This document shows, in pieces, positions 12,158 to 26,024 of a DNA stretch of 64,000 nt; the first letter of the stretch is position 1; the number at the start of each line of letters is the position of its first letter. Under the pieces are notes generated by a model. That model was not told the DNA's origin. It saw only the letters and a program-made list of their open reading frames with translations, and ran no database searches. Location of the stretch: assembly GCF_006345805.1 (NCBI RefSeq), contig NC_043000.1:107136001-107200000 (forward strand), given 5' to 3'. A program made the position numbers and the translations under genes. Source of the stretch: Octopus sinensis (taxonomy: Eukaryota).

Positions 12158-15100
12158 CACATACATATATGTATACACACTCACGTATGTGTATGTGTAT
12201 ATATATATATATAAATATATATATATCATCGTTTAACATCAGTTTCTGTCTATCAAATTTCATGTCTTTCGTCAGCCCTTCTCAAGTGCTTAAGGTACTG
12301 TACAGAGAGACTGACCAAAACCATATGCTTGCATATAGAAAACATATAAAACATAAAAACTAAACTTACAAATTAGCTTCAAAGTTTCCAGTGTCCAACA
12401 CACCGGCTAAGTTACTTTCGTTGCCCCTTAATATCTGGAAAAGAAAACAAAAACACAATGGAAAAACTTTAAGAATAATTTTTATAGAATATAAAGTAAA
12501 CTTCAGTATATTACTTGTACTTTCTAACATAGGTATAAGTTCATGAAATTTTATGGGAAAAAAGCAGTCAATTATATTGACAACCAACACTTCACTAGTA
12601 CATATTTTATTGATCCTAGAAAAACAAAAAAGACTAAGTTAGCCCTGGTGAGATTTGAACTCGGAACATAAAGAGATTTAATTAATACTGCAAGGCAGTT
12701 TTACAATGATTTCAATGTTAGAAATCATCATTATTTTAACGTCAGTTTTTCTATGTTTGCATGGGTTAGATGGGGCTTTATTGAGGCAGATTTTCTACAG
12801 CCAAATGTCCTTTTTATTATGAACCTTTACCAGTTTTCAAGCAAGGTAATATTACTCCCTAGCAAGACATGTTTTTGCAGAATAATGGAGATGAATAACA
12901 TTCATTTACAGGTTTACACAATGCCAAGACAAGGAGACACAAACACACACTCACATATTTATACACACACACACACATGTATACACATATGTGCATGTAT
13001 AAGTGTGTGTGGATGTGTGGATATGTGTGTGTGTATGTATTATAAATATGATAGGCTTCTTTCAGTTTCCTTCTGCCCACAAGGCTTTAGTCAATCTGGG
13101 GTTATAGTAGAAGACACTCGTCCAAGGTCCCATGCAGACCAGTGCTTTAAATATGTTTTATTTAATTTTATGTTTTTTAGCCCCAGGTCAAGCCTGATCA
13201 AGTATACCTTTGATCACAGACAGTGTAGCGACAGTGTAGCACCATGGGCAAGTGTCTTCTAATATAGCCCCAGGCCAAACAAAGTTTTGTGAGTGGATTT
13301 GGTAGATGGAAACTGTAAAAAGCCTGTTGATATGAATGTATACAAAATACCTTGTCCATGAATTTGGCAGATAGAAACAATATGGGGGCACATTGTGTGC
13401 ATATATATGTGTGTGTGTGTGTGTGTGTATCTATTTGTGCATGCCTTTGTCATCCCCCACCAATGCTTGACAACCAGTGTTAGCTTGTTTATGTCACCAT
13501 AACTTGGCTGTTCAGCAAAGCAAACTGATAGAATAAGTACATAAATACTGGGGTTGATTTGTTTGATTAAAACCCTTCAAGGCAGTACCCCAGCATGGCT
13601 GTAAGTATCTGTTTTGCAAGGTTCTCGATGTGAAGCCATGTGTTGAGGAGGTCACAGGATGTGCGACGAAAGAGCTTTGACAAGGAAACTAAAATAATAA
13701 TAATAATAAAGCTGAAGTGAAGACAAGATACAGTAATACCTCACTTTACGAGGACCTGCTTTATGAGACACCAGCTTTACGGGTTGTTTTTTATAATGGG
13801 TGCAGAAGTGGCTGTGTGGTAAGTAGCTTGCTTACCAACCACATGGTTCCAGGTTCAGTCCCACTGTGTGGCACTTTTGGCAAGCGTCTTCTACTATAGC
13901 CTCGGGCCGACCAAAGCCTTGTGAGCAGATTTGGTAGACGGAAACTGAAAGAAGCCCGTCGTATATATGTATATATATATATGTATGTGTGTGTGTGTGT
14001 GTGTATATGTTTGTGTGTCTGTGTTTGTCCCCTCAACATCACTTGACAACCGATGCTGGTGTGTTTATGTCCCCATAACTTAGCAGCTCAGCAAAAGAGA
14101 CCAATAAAATAAGTACTAGGCTTCCAAAGAATAAGTCCTGGGGCCAATTTGCTCGACTAAAGGCAGTGCTCCAGTATGACCACAGTCAAATGACTGAAAT
14201 AAGGTTAAACAGCCATTTTGTGTGTGTGTATGGCAATGTCGGAACATGTGACAACACTGGTTCAGTTCTGATGTGTCTACACAGCAACGGAGTAAAATGA
14301 CAGCATAAAATTTCATTGCTCCTATGTGAAATTGCTCTGCTTTATGAGTTCTTTTTGCTTTACAAGCACGATCTTCAGGAACAAATTAACTCGTATATTG
14401 AGGCATTAGCAAAATATGGACATCAGCAAGCATAACCATATTAGAAAGTGCATTACATATGCATGCATGTGTTTGTTCATGTGCACGTAAATGTGTTCGT
14501 GTGGATGTATTTTGTTTGTTCCTTCTCGAGTCATGCCTGGCTCATAAGGGCCGGTTTCCCGGTTTATTAGCGTATAGGTTCCTCACTTGAACGGGACACC
14601 AGTCTGTCACAGGTGAGCTGCTAGATGCAGGAGAGAAGAGTGAGAGAAAGTTGTGGTGAAAGAGACAGCAGAAGTTCACCATTACCTTCTGATGGATCCG
14701 CGTGGAGCTTAGGTGTTTCGCTCATAAACACACACATCGCCCGGTCTAAGATTTGAACCCACGATCCCTCGACCGTGAGTCCACTGCTCTAACCACTAAC
14801 CCATGTATACATCTTAATGAGTAGGTGAGCATGTTTGTATGAATATCTGTGAGTACAAACATGTATCTATACAAGTATGTGTTGATTGGATATTTGGGGA
14901 AAAATCAAAAGAAGGAAACAAGCAGCTTACGGGCTCCCTGAACATTTGCTTCGAATGGGGTTTCCTGAAAAGTTCTTTCAAATAGGGTTTCCAGTGATGT
15001 TCTTTAATTGTCTTAGCATCAACAACAAGTCCATTGTGTTTCTCACAAAGAAGTTTTATGATACACGGAGCTTCAGACGGAGGCTTCCAGTCTTTGTTAT

Positions 15101-17789
15101 GGAAATTCTCAGGAAGTCCTAAATTATTTAAAACGAAACAAGAAAAAGAAAATGACATTTAATTACTTCTGTTTCATTATTATAGGAAATGCTGTACATG
15201 AGAAAGGAACTTACCAGTTTTGCATATTTATTTATTTTTTATTGTGTGGGGAAAGAGCAAACTAAAATTAGTGTTGTCACTGAGTCAATGAATGTTTGAC
15301 CTACTAGAAATAGCAGCCATCCCCCAAATATTCTCTGCTGCTTTTGAAAAGAAAAATAAGGATTGATGGATTGGATAATGAAATCCTGGATATACAAAAA
15401 GACAGGATAATCTTATGGGGGTTGAATCATCTTTGATCACAAATAGAGCTGACCTGGGGTTAAACAACCGCAATGCTAACAACAGCAAACAACTAAATTT
15501 TGAGATGAATCATCATCATCATTGTTAATATTATTAGTATTCTTAAGGTGGCAAGCTGGTAGAATCAGCATGCTGGAAAAAATGTTTAGCAGCATTTCAT
15601 CCTACTTTACATTCTGAGTTCAAATTCCACTGAAGTCAACGATGCCTTTTATCCTTTCAGGGTCAATCACATCAGTGTCACTTGAGCACTGGGCTCAATA
15701 TAATCAAACAGCCTCCTTCCACAGAATTTCAGACCTTGTGCCTCTAATACAAAAGTTATTATTATTATTATTATTACAACAGCAAGCCGGCAGAATTTTT
15801 AGCATGTTTGACAAATTGCTTAGTTGCATTTCTTCTGGCTTGATACATTCTGAGTTCAAATACAGCCAAGGTTATCTTTGCATTTCATGCTTTTGGCAAC
15901 AAAATAAAGCGCCAGTCAAATATTGGGGTGAAGGTAATAGACTTTCTCTCTTCCCCTCGAAATGACTGTGTACCAAAATTTGAATGTATTATTATAACTG
16001 AAGGGAAAAAAAAACATGTCTTTTTAAATATTTTCTTAAGGACCTTTTTTTAGAACATTCTGGGTTGTCATTTCCAGACATCTTCAATCTTATTGTGTTT
16101 TACATACAATCAAAAATGACTTTCTTATTTCTTTACTGCCCACAGGGGGCTACACACGGAGGGGACAAACAAGGACAGACAAAGGTATTAAGTCGATAAC
16201 ATCGACCCCAGTGTGTAACTGGTACTTATTTAATCGACCCCGAAAGGATGAAAGGCAAAGTCGACCTCAGCGGAATTTGAACTCAGAACATAGCGGCAGA
16301 CAAAATACGATTTCTTTACTACCCACAAGGGGCTAAACACAGAGGGGGCAAACAAGGACAGACAAACGGATTAAGTCGATTACATCAACCCCAGTGCGTA
16401 ACTGGTACTTAATTTATCGACCCCGAAAGGATGAAAGGCAAAGTCGACCTCGGCAGACAAAATACTGTTAAGCATTCTGCCCGGCGTGCTAACAATTCTG
16501 CCAGCTCGCCACCTTAAATGACTTTCTGTCAGAAAAGTCCAATGAATGTGAGAGCACAGAAAAGAAACACAAAGAGAAAAAGAAATTTAACTACATAAAA
16601 AATCCACAGAGAAAAAATTACTCTTTATCAGATAGCAGCAACTAATGTCACTTATCTGTTAAAGAGTCATCTCAAACATCTGCAGCTATATAAGAAACAA
16701 GAACAACAATGCATACATGCACACACACACACATTTTGCCAAATGAAAAAACAGTGAAAAGATATTGATTTCTTTTAAGCCAACACTACCAATAACAAAG
16801 ATACTGAATATGAACCATCTGGCCAAGAAAAATAAACTCTGTATGGTAGTTATTTTTTTTAACTAAGAAAAGTACATCATTGCCAGAATTCTTTGCCCAC
16901 AAGTAACAGAGACAAGAGGAAAGTTGTCTATTTCTAGAATGCCAAAATACAGCACAGGTTTCTTCGTGCCCTCAATAGAACAATTATAGGTGGTTAAGGT
17001 GTAGTGTAAAAGAAACAAAATGCCAAGATACACATGTTTGAGCATACTACAAACTGAAAATTACAAAATGGCAAACAGAATTACCTTTTTGATGGGGGGA
17101 AACTAAAAATAAAAGGACCTTAGAAAATGCTTTAACTCTTTAGCATTCAAATTATTCTGTGAAATGTAATGCTTATTTATTCACATTGTTTTGAATTAAT
17201 CATGCATTGCCTTGTAGCTTTGAGATTTCAATGCTGTAATCTCTATATATATAAAGCTGAAGTTGTCTGTGTATGGCAGGTTTGGTAGCCTTCAACTAAC
17301 ACTATCTCCTCCGAGACCCTGTGGCGCAAGTTGACCAAAATTGAGAGTATGATAGAAGAAGGCTTGCTCTTCCTTCCTTAGTAGAAAAAATTCATATCAG
17401 GCCATGTTAACACCTAAGATTATTTACATCAAAAAGGTGCTTTTTTCCTATGAAAATCCCTATTTTTTACGATTTTTTGACTGCTGTGTCACCATTTTTC
17501 GGTGTATTTCAACCAGAAAAATGTTCACTTAAAGAGAATAACAAGCTACATAATGCAAAAATTTTACTTTTCAAAAATTCCAATTCTAAAGGGTCAAAAC
17601 AAACCCGAGCAACGCCGGGCGATACTGCTAGTTATTTAATATTTAGAATGACATTATAGGATAGATGGCAGAGGCCAGATCTGGCCAGTTTGAACATAAA
17701 ACAGGTAGAATATTATGGTTGGTTATTGCCTGTTTGAATGCTTATGGAATCATATGGCTAGTTTTTAAAAGTAAGGAAGCAAATCAGTG

Positions 17790-17842
<53 letters not shown>

Positions 17843-20800
17843 ATTAACACAATATGAGGCCTACAGCCAAAGATATCAGATATGACTAAACCTTGCTTGT
17901 TGTCACACTTTTGCAGCACAATACAAACAGGTGATGCATGCCAAGGAAATGACATACAGTCAGGTGGCATCTCAATGCATATACAACCCCTGAATAACAA
18001 AGAGCTGAGCCATATCAAATATATGAAATGAAGGGCCATAAGACTAGTGTGCTGGCCAGAAAGCTTAGTTGCTATACACATGACAGGATTGTTTGAAAGC
18101 TTTCTGCCCTGAAAAACTCAAAAAGTGGAGAAAGGGAGAGCAACAGAGCCAGCAGCAACAAGATAATCTAGAGCAGGGGTTCTCAACTGGGGTCCATATA
18201 AGACTTTCTTGTTAAAATCTATGTACAATAAATTGCTTATACTTCTATAATACACAAAATATTTCAGCATTTTTTCTATACAATTCCTAATAATTTTTAA
18301 TTATAAAGATACAGTAAGATTTTTTTATACACTCCTATAAGCATAGGAGTGGCTGTATGGTAAGTAGCTTGTTTACCAACAACATGGTTCCAGGTTCAGT
18401 CCCACTGCGTGGGACCTTGGGCAAGTGTCTTCTACTATAGCCTTGGGTCGACCAAAGCCTTGTGAGTGGATTTGGTAGACAGAAACTGAAAGAAGCCCAT
18501 CGTATATATGTATATATATATATATGCGTGTGTATGTATATGTTTGTGTGTTTGTCCCCCCAACATCACTTGACAACCGATGCTGGTGTGTTTACATCGC
18601 CGTGACTTAGCAGTTCTGCAAAAGAGACAGATAAAATAAGTACTAGTCTTACAAAGAATAAGTCCTGGGGTCGATTTGCTCAACTAAAGGTGGTGCTCTA
18701 GCATGGCCACAGTCAAATGACTGAAACAAGTGAAAGAGTATCAAAAGACTACATCCTGTGGAGTAAAATAGAGATCAGAGGGGTCCATAAACAAAAAAAA
18801 CGGTTGAGAACCACCAATGTAGAGGTTACTGTTAACAGAATACCACCAGTTACAGCTCAGAAGGTGGATGGAAGCTTTGCTCCATCTTTAATCCTAGAAG
18901 CCCTTTCCATCAAGTAGCTCCACCCTAACATCTTGAGATAACGAGATGGAAGAGAACAATGAACAGGAAGTAGAAAATTGCTAAGGATGGTAGAAAACAA
19001 AAAGAAGATAGATAAAAGACCTCCCGCAAAAGAAGAATGGACTTGCATGGAAGGTGACTAAAAACATCCAAGGAAAAACCCAGCCTCATCACTTTCACAA
19101 GATCATGCTTTCACAGTGCTTCATATGGAAAAAGTACTGATGAGAAACTCAGGGGAAATTTAAGAGATGGGCTCCAATTATGTGAAGCATGCAGAAGATA
19201 AACTGCAATGAAAACCATTCTTGAGTGCAACACAGGGCTTTATCAAAATCGCAACAGAGACATTGATTATTGGCACTTTTGAGACAGTACCTGGGGGAGG
19301 GGGAGATGATCAGAGTTGTGGGGGGGAAGCCCTGATCTGTCCCAGGAGGCTGTATGTTTTCCTTAAATTATATCACTTCATCTGTGTATATATGCATGTG
19401 TATGTGACTGTCTGTATGTGTGTGTGTGTATACACACATTAATTTTGTGTAATTAATCAAAACCATCTTAATATCACAACATGTGTAATGTTTCCAGCTC
19501 TTCTCTCATTTTTATATAACCCCGTTTTGTTTAATCCCACGCATTTTTTAACACCTTCTTGGACATTTATTGTATTAATTATTTCTTTACTACCCACAAG
19601 GGGTTAAACACAGAGGGGACAAACAAGAACAGACAAACGGATTAAGTCGATTACATCGACCCCAGTGCGTAACTGGTACTTAATTTATCGACCCCAAAAG
19701 GATGAAAGGCAAATTCTACCTCAGTGGAATTTGAACTCAGAACTTAGAACGTAATGGCTATGCATTTCGCCTGGCATGCTAACAATTCTGCCAGCTACAA
19801 TCAAACTGACAAAGCCAAATCATTTTCTATTTCTCACTTCAAGAATTAAATAATTTAAACTAGTTTGTCCTAGACAAACTAGTTAACATTAATTTCTAAC
19901 TTTTGAGCAAAGGCACAAATTTCTGTGAAGAGGCTATATTCAATTAAATCATGGTATTAGCTTTCATCAATTCCTGAAAAGTGAAAAACGTAAAATTTTT
20001 CACCTTTCAGGAATTGATGAAAGTTGGTTGAAACTCAGAATGGAAGCACAAAGCACAATCCTGCAAATCCAATCCATTAAGATTACATTAGTCAAATAAA
20101 TAAATAACCCCCACCAGACTTACCTGCAAAACTGTGGTTAAGAATATCTTTACGTCCAGCAATCAAGGCATTTGCATAACACCAATCAATGCAGCACAGC
20201 AATAAATGATAAGAGTTAACCAGGTCATCACTGATTGCTGGAAAATGGCCTGTAAAAAAGTAAAGAAGAGTTTGAACAGCTAACCAAGATAACACCAAAA
20301 TTCTTGGGGACACACACATGTATGTATATATATATATATGTGTGTGTATGAATATATAAATGTTTGTTTTTATGTTCAGTTATAAACAATTCTACATTAA
20401 TCTGACAGGATACTCTATACTTTTGTACAGTACAAATTTATTGCTCTTAAAAACAAGAATATTGTTGACAGTGACTTTGAAGCTTCAGCCAGCTAAGCCG
20501 TCATCAGACTCTGTGTGCGTGTGTGTGTGTGTGTACACACAAGCGATAAGATTCTTTCAATTTCCATCTACAAAATCCACTCGCAAGGTTCTGGTTGACC
20601 CAGGGTTATAGATGAAAACATGCCCACGGTGCCATTCTATGGGACTGAACCCAAAACAACATGGCTGGGAAGCAGCCTACACTTACATAAAAGATAAAAG
20701 GCTATCAAGACAGAACTAAATACTTGAAGGAAACCACAAAGAGAATGTTCCTTTATAATCAGACACACCACTAGAGTTGATTTTCAACTAGAGTTTATTT

Positions 20801-23494
20801 TGTGGATAAAATAAATACTAGTAATGTGTTACTAACATCTCAGTAATGTTTCAGTTGATTCAAGTGACTACACCATTTCCCTAAAAACTTTGCAGTCTTG
20901 TGCCAGAGAGACAAAAAAAAAAAAAAATGAAAAAGCCATTTCACATGATTTTTACTAACACTGAAACATTTTAACTTCCTATTTCCTTTTCCTCCAAAAA
21001 AGGATTCATGCTTCATTAATGTCGTTCCTTTGTTCTTTCTTTTTTCCTTCCTGGAAGTTGGTATATTTACTGTTCATTTCTAATACTTTATGCTGTTTTT
21101 CAACCTTGCTGAATTTTCAATCCCACAAGAGTTTCCAATTTTCTGCTCTAAAACCATGGGGTTACACTTCCATTTAATGGTATAAGTTTAGGCAATACTT
21201 GTTAATTGTACACCACATTCAGTGACACTTTTGTTGATTGAGCCATAAATATGTGTTTCACTACCAAGTAAAAAACAGTATTTGTAATCAGATCAGATAT
21301 AAACTTTCAACTCTTCAAGCCAACTCCTAATGTAGCTGTATATTATGTTCATATTTTGTACCCATATTCAATGACTGACTGGAAATATTCACTCAGCTTA
21401 TCTTTCAACCCTCAACCCTCGTTTAAAAACCAAAAATAATATATCTGAAAATTAACAATTGTTGACATTGAACAAACTGAAAACTTACCTTTGACCTGTA
21501 CAAACATTGTCCAACAGAAAGAAAATAATTCTGTCACAGAACAGGGCATTTTACTGAAACAAAAAGAGAAAAGAAATCTACATAAATTCAAGAGACAGAT
21601 GCAAACAGAAATATACTAGATCTAACACATGTATTACAATACTTACAAATCAGAAACAGATTGATGTTTATAATTAGCCCTACTGTTGGTTTCACTTGAA
21701 GAAGCTTTCACTATGTCATTCATGTTCCTTATTTAACAACCCCTCAAAGATTGCTACACCACTTGGTTTCACTATTGCCAACAACAAGTACATCATTGTC
21801 ATCTTGAACATATTTCAACATCTTCATTCCTATGAATGCTCTTCATTATGATTCAGAACATGCCAAACATCTAATCTTCATAGAGCAGAACCTCAGTCAA
21901 CCTCCTACACAAAGTCAGATAATTTCAACGCCTTGCTTCTGGATATCATTACTAGCTACTCATAACAATTTCTTAGTTTGGTTCAAGTCAATTTAATAAT
22001 GCCCAGTATTTTACTGGTATTTAATTTATCAGCCCTAGAGAGATGAAAGGTAAAAATCAGCCCCTATGGGATATGAACTCACAACATAATTGTCTCAAAT
22101 TTTACCACAAAGTCAACAATTTTAGTGGGAAGGATAAAGCCAACAACATCAACTCCGACTTTGCCTTTCATCCTTTCGGGGTCGATAAATTAAGTACCAT
22201 TTACGCACTGGGGTCGATGTAATCGACTTAATACCTATGTCTGTCCCTGTTTGTCCCCTCTCTGTTTAGCCCCTTGTGGGTAATAAAGAAATAGGTACTT
22301 TATGTTATTGACCCTAATAGAATGATAGGCAAGTTGACCTCTCCAGTATTTGAACTCAGAACACAAAGAACCAGAAGAAATGCCACTAAGCATTTTGTCC
22401 AACACACCAATGATTCTGCTGGCTCACCATCTTGAACTCAAGGAGTATAGAGATGTAACAAATACCACTAGACAATTGTACAATCCTCCCTCTCTATATT
22501 ATAAGTATCACCTTGCGCTTTTCAAAAGTTTTGCTTAACAGAAAGATCATAGAAATTGCAAATCTCTTCTTTTTACTTGTTCTTGGTTTCAGGTCCGTAC
22601 TATCCCTAGCCAATTCATTAATTGCTATTTTATATGAAATGGATAAATTCCTCAATGGAGAAGGCAATGGTGGTCTTCATATCACAACTAACAATCCATT
22701 ACATTTTCCAATAAGTATAAAACCAATCCACCTGTCAATATTAAAGTTCCTTGTACTAATAAGTATGGTGACCATTAAAATCTGCTAAGATGACAAAATC
22801 GCTACCATCTATTCTCAAGGCAGTTGCATAAGAGCCTCATAAAAACTGATTCTTTTGCTCAGACACCAACCTTTATATTTGGGACCTAAAATTTAGAGAG
22901 GTTGTTCACATTGCTTATTATTATCAGTCGGAGTTTAATCATTGTATCATCTGATCTAGCTCCCTCATTTATCCCAGATGCCCATTTTTCTGCAAAAATA
23001 TACTTAGACAAGAGAGTCTCTACATCAGTCATTGGTAAACTGCAGCCCATGAGACTTTCTGAATAACATGTCTAATGAAAAGTTACCTTGAATTTTTTTA
23101 GTGCAGCCTGCCTGATGATGCAACCCTCTTCTCAAAAAAAAAAAAAAGTACCCCATGCCTGCTCTACATGGTCATTTGACCAAATAAATGCAGCAGCCAA
23201 ATCTATCTCAAATTACACCTTAATGTTTTGAAAAAGGATGAATATACCTAGCTGTATGCTTATACATTCATATTTACACCCATTTCTCTATCCTAGCATA
23301 GGTTAGACAAATATATTATAGAGGTATTGTTTTACAGTTGGATGCTCTTCCTGTCACTAACCCTTGCCAGTTTTTCAAATAAGGAATCATATTTAACATG
23401 TCTTTGGAGGAACAAAATAAGTAGATGATTCATCAACAGAAGTGACAACACTACTCACAGCAAGCAGCTTCTATAGGGCCCAAACGTAAACACA

Positions 23495-23531
<37 letters not shown>

Positions 23532-24727
23532 ACACACAATAGACTTCTTTAAGTTTCTGTCTACCAAGTTCCCTTAAAAGGCTTAAGTTGACCCAGGGCT
23601 ATAGTAGAAAACTCAGACCCAAAGTGCTGCATAATGAAACTGAACCCAAAATGTGGTTGGGAAGTAATACATAAACAAAAAGATGGGATGATAATGGCTG
23701 GATTATCTTTAACCATGAGTCTGATCAGAGCTGAACAACAACAACAACTTCAGAAATAACCGAAACATTATTCAAAGAAATATCATTTTTGAAAGAAGTA
23801 AAAATGCAATCATATAAATAATGAAAGAATTTACCGTTGTTTCCTGCTACGGTTATACCGTGGTTGGACTGAGGCACTGTTGAAAACATCATAGAATATT
23901 GGCCGGTACTTTTTGAAAGTCACTGTAGATACTGAAAAGTTCCTCTCAAGACGTTCAATCTTATCTCTGAAATCTTGAGGCAAACTTGCCATGTTCAACC
24001 ATTTCTTCATTTTGCTGAAGAAGTGAATCAAGCTGGAAATAAAATTTTTAAAAATTAATCCTTTAGCAGTTAAACTGATCAAATCTGGTCCAAATATTCC
24101 ACTTGTTTTAAGTTCAAACAGGCTAGATCTAGCTTCTCACGCTTCTCCTACAAGGTCGTTCTAAAAATATACAATCACATCAGCAAAATCTCAAAACTAC
24201 AAGATAAAGCAGTGGTTCCCAAAGTGGAAAAAATGGGGTGATAATGAGGTGACCAAAATGGGGCAATGGATATAAAAGAAAAAAACAAAATAAAGGGTTA
24301 ATAAGATTAAGTTTGATTTGTGAAATACTGTTGATTTGAAAGTGTTGCAAAAAATGGTCTATGTCTGTGATGGTGAATAGGGGGAGGGGGCACTAGGAAT
24401 ATGGCTTCAGAACCAAGGGGACAGCAGCCTGTAAAAGATGGGGAACCACTGAGATAATGCAAGATTAATTCAAAACATTGTGAATAAGAAAGCATTACAT
24501 ATGACAGAGTAATCTGAATGCAAAAGAGTTAGAAAAATAAAACTTTTTCAATGTCAGGAGTGAATGACAACCATAAATAAACCAGATTTAAATCCTTGCT
24601 TACCTACGGCAGCTATACAAGAAGGTTTTATTCTTTTTCTTGTTTCAGCTATTTAGTCGAAGAAATCGACCCCTAGACTTATCCTTTGTAAACCTGGTAC
24701 TTCTATCGGTCTCTTTTGCTGAACTGC

Positions 24728-24759
<32 letters not shown>

Positions 24760-25987
24760 CAACAGGCTTCTTTCAGTTTCCGTCTACCAAATCCACTCAC
24801 AAGGCTTTGGTCAGTCCAAGACTATAGTAAAGGACACTTGCCACAGGTGTAATGCTGTGGGACTGAACCCAGAACCATGTCGTTGGGAAGCAAGCTTCTT
24901 ACCACACAGCTACACCTGCATAAAATTTGTGTAAGATGGAACGACAAAGCAAAAATCTCAGCTCCAATACTTCGATGTATGTATAAAGGCAAATTTTAGG
25001 AGCACACCAAGAATTACTTGGGACAACGAGAGAACCTCAACATAATTTTGCTTAATCTGCACGAAATAGCACCCAATCTCACTCAACACACATCCTACTG
25101 CCTTGAAAAGGCAAGATATATTGAACAGGAGTAGAAGCTCTATAGGTAGGGGTTAACCATTTATGTGCATACCTGAGCAAGGCTTTTCTTTCTCCTTTTT
25201 CTTTTTGTAAAAGCCTAACACTTTCCTATACATGAAAATCTCCCACCTTTCCACACCATTACTTTAGGGCCAATACAGCTTAGCACCAGTGTCATCACAA
25301 GTGATGACATCTATCAACACACTGTGTCTGTCTATCTGGTTAACATCTACACACTGTGTCTGTCTATCCAGTAAACATCTACACACTGTGTCTCTATCCA
25401 GTAAACATCTACACACTGTGTCTCTATCCAGTAAACATCTACACACTGTGTCTCTATCCAGTAAACATCTACACACTGTGTCTCTATCCAGTAAACATCT
25501 ACACACTGTGTCTCTATCCAGTAACATCTACACACTGTGTCTGTCTATCCAGTAAACATCTACACACTGTGTCTCTATCCAGTAAACATCTACACACTGT
25601 GTCTCTATCCAGTAAACATCTACACACTGTGTCTCTATCCAGTAAACATCTACACACTGTGTCTCTATCCAGTAAACATCTACACACTGTGTCTCTATCC
25701 AGTAAACATCTACACACTGTGTTTGTCTATCAGTTCAACATCTACACACTGTGTCTGTCTATCAGTTCAACATCTACACACTGTGTCTGTCTATCCAGTT
25801 GTCAAGCAATGGTGGGAGGACAAGCAGAGACACACATATACATACATCAGCATCATCATCGTCGTTGTCTAACATCCGCCTTCCATGCTGGCATGGATTG
25901 GACAGTTTGACTGAGAGATGGCAAGCCAGAAGGCTGCACCAGGCTCCAATTTTATCTGGCAAAGTTTCTACAGCTGGATGCCCTTCC

Positions 25988-26024
<37 letters not shown>

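Noticed and set aside
22500-22810. [11 protein letters not shown] (minus) as a LINE APE endonuclease remnant
   Set aside because: A single motif in a stop-riddled frame is too weak to call
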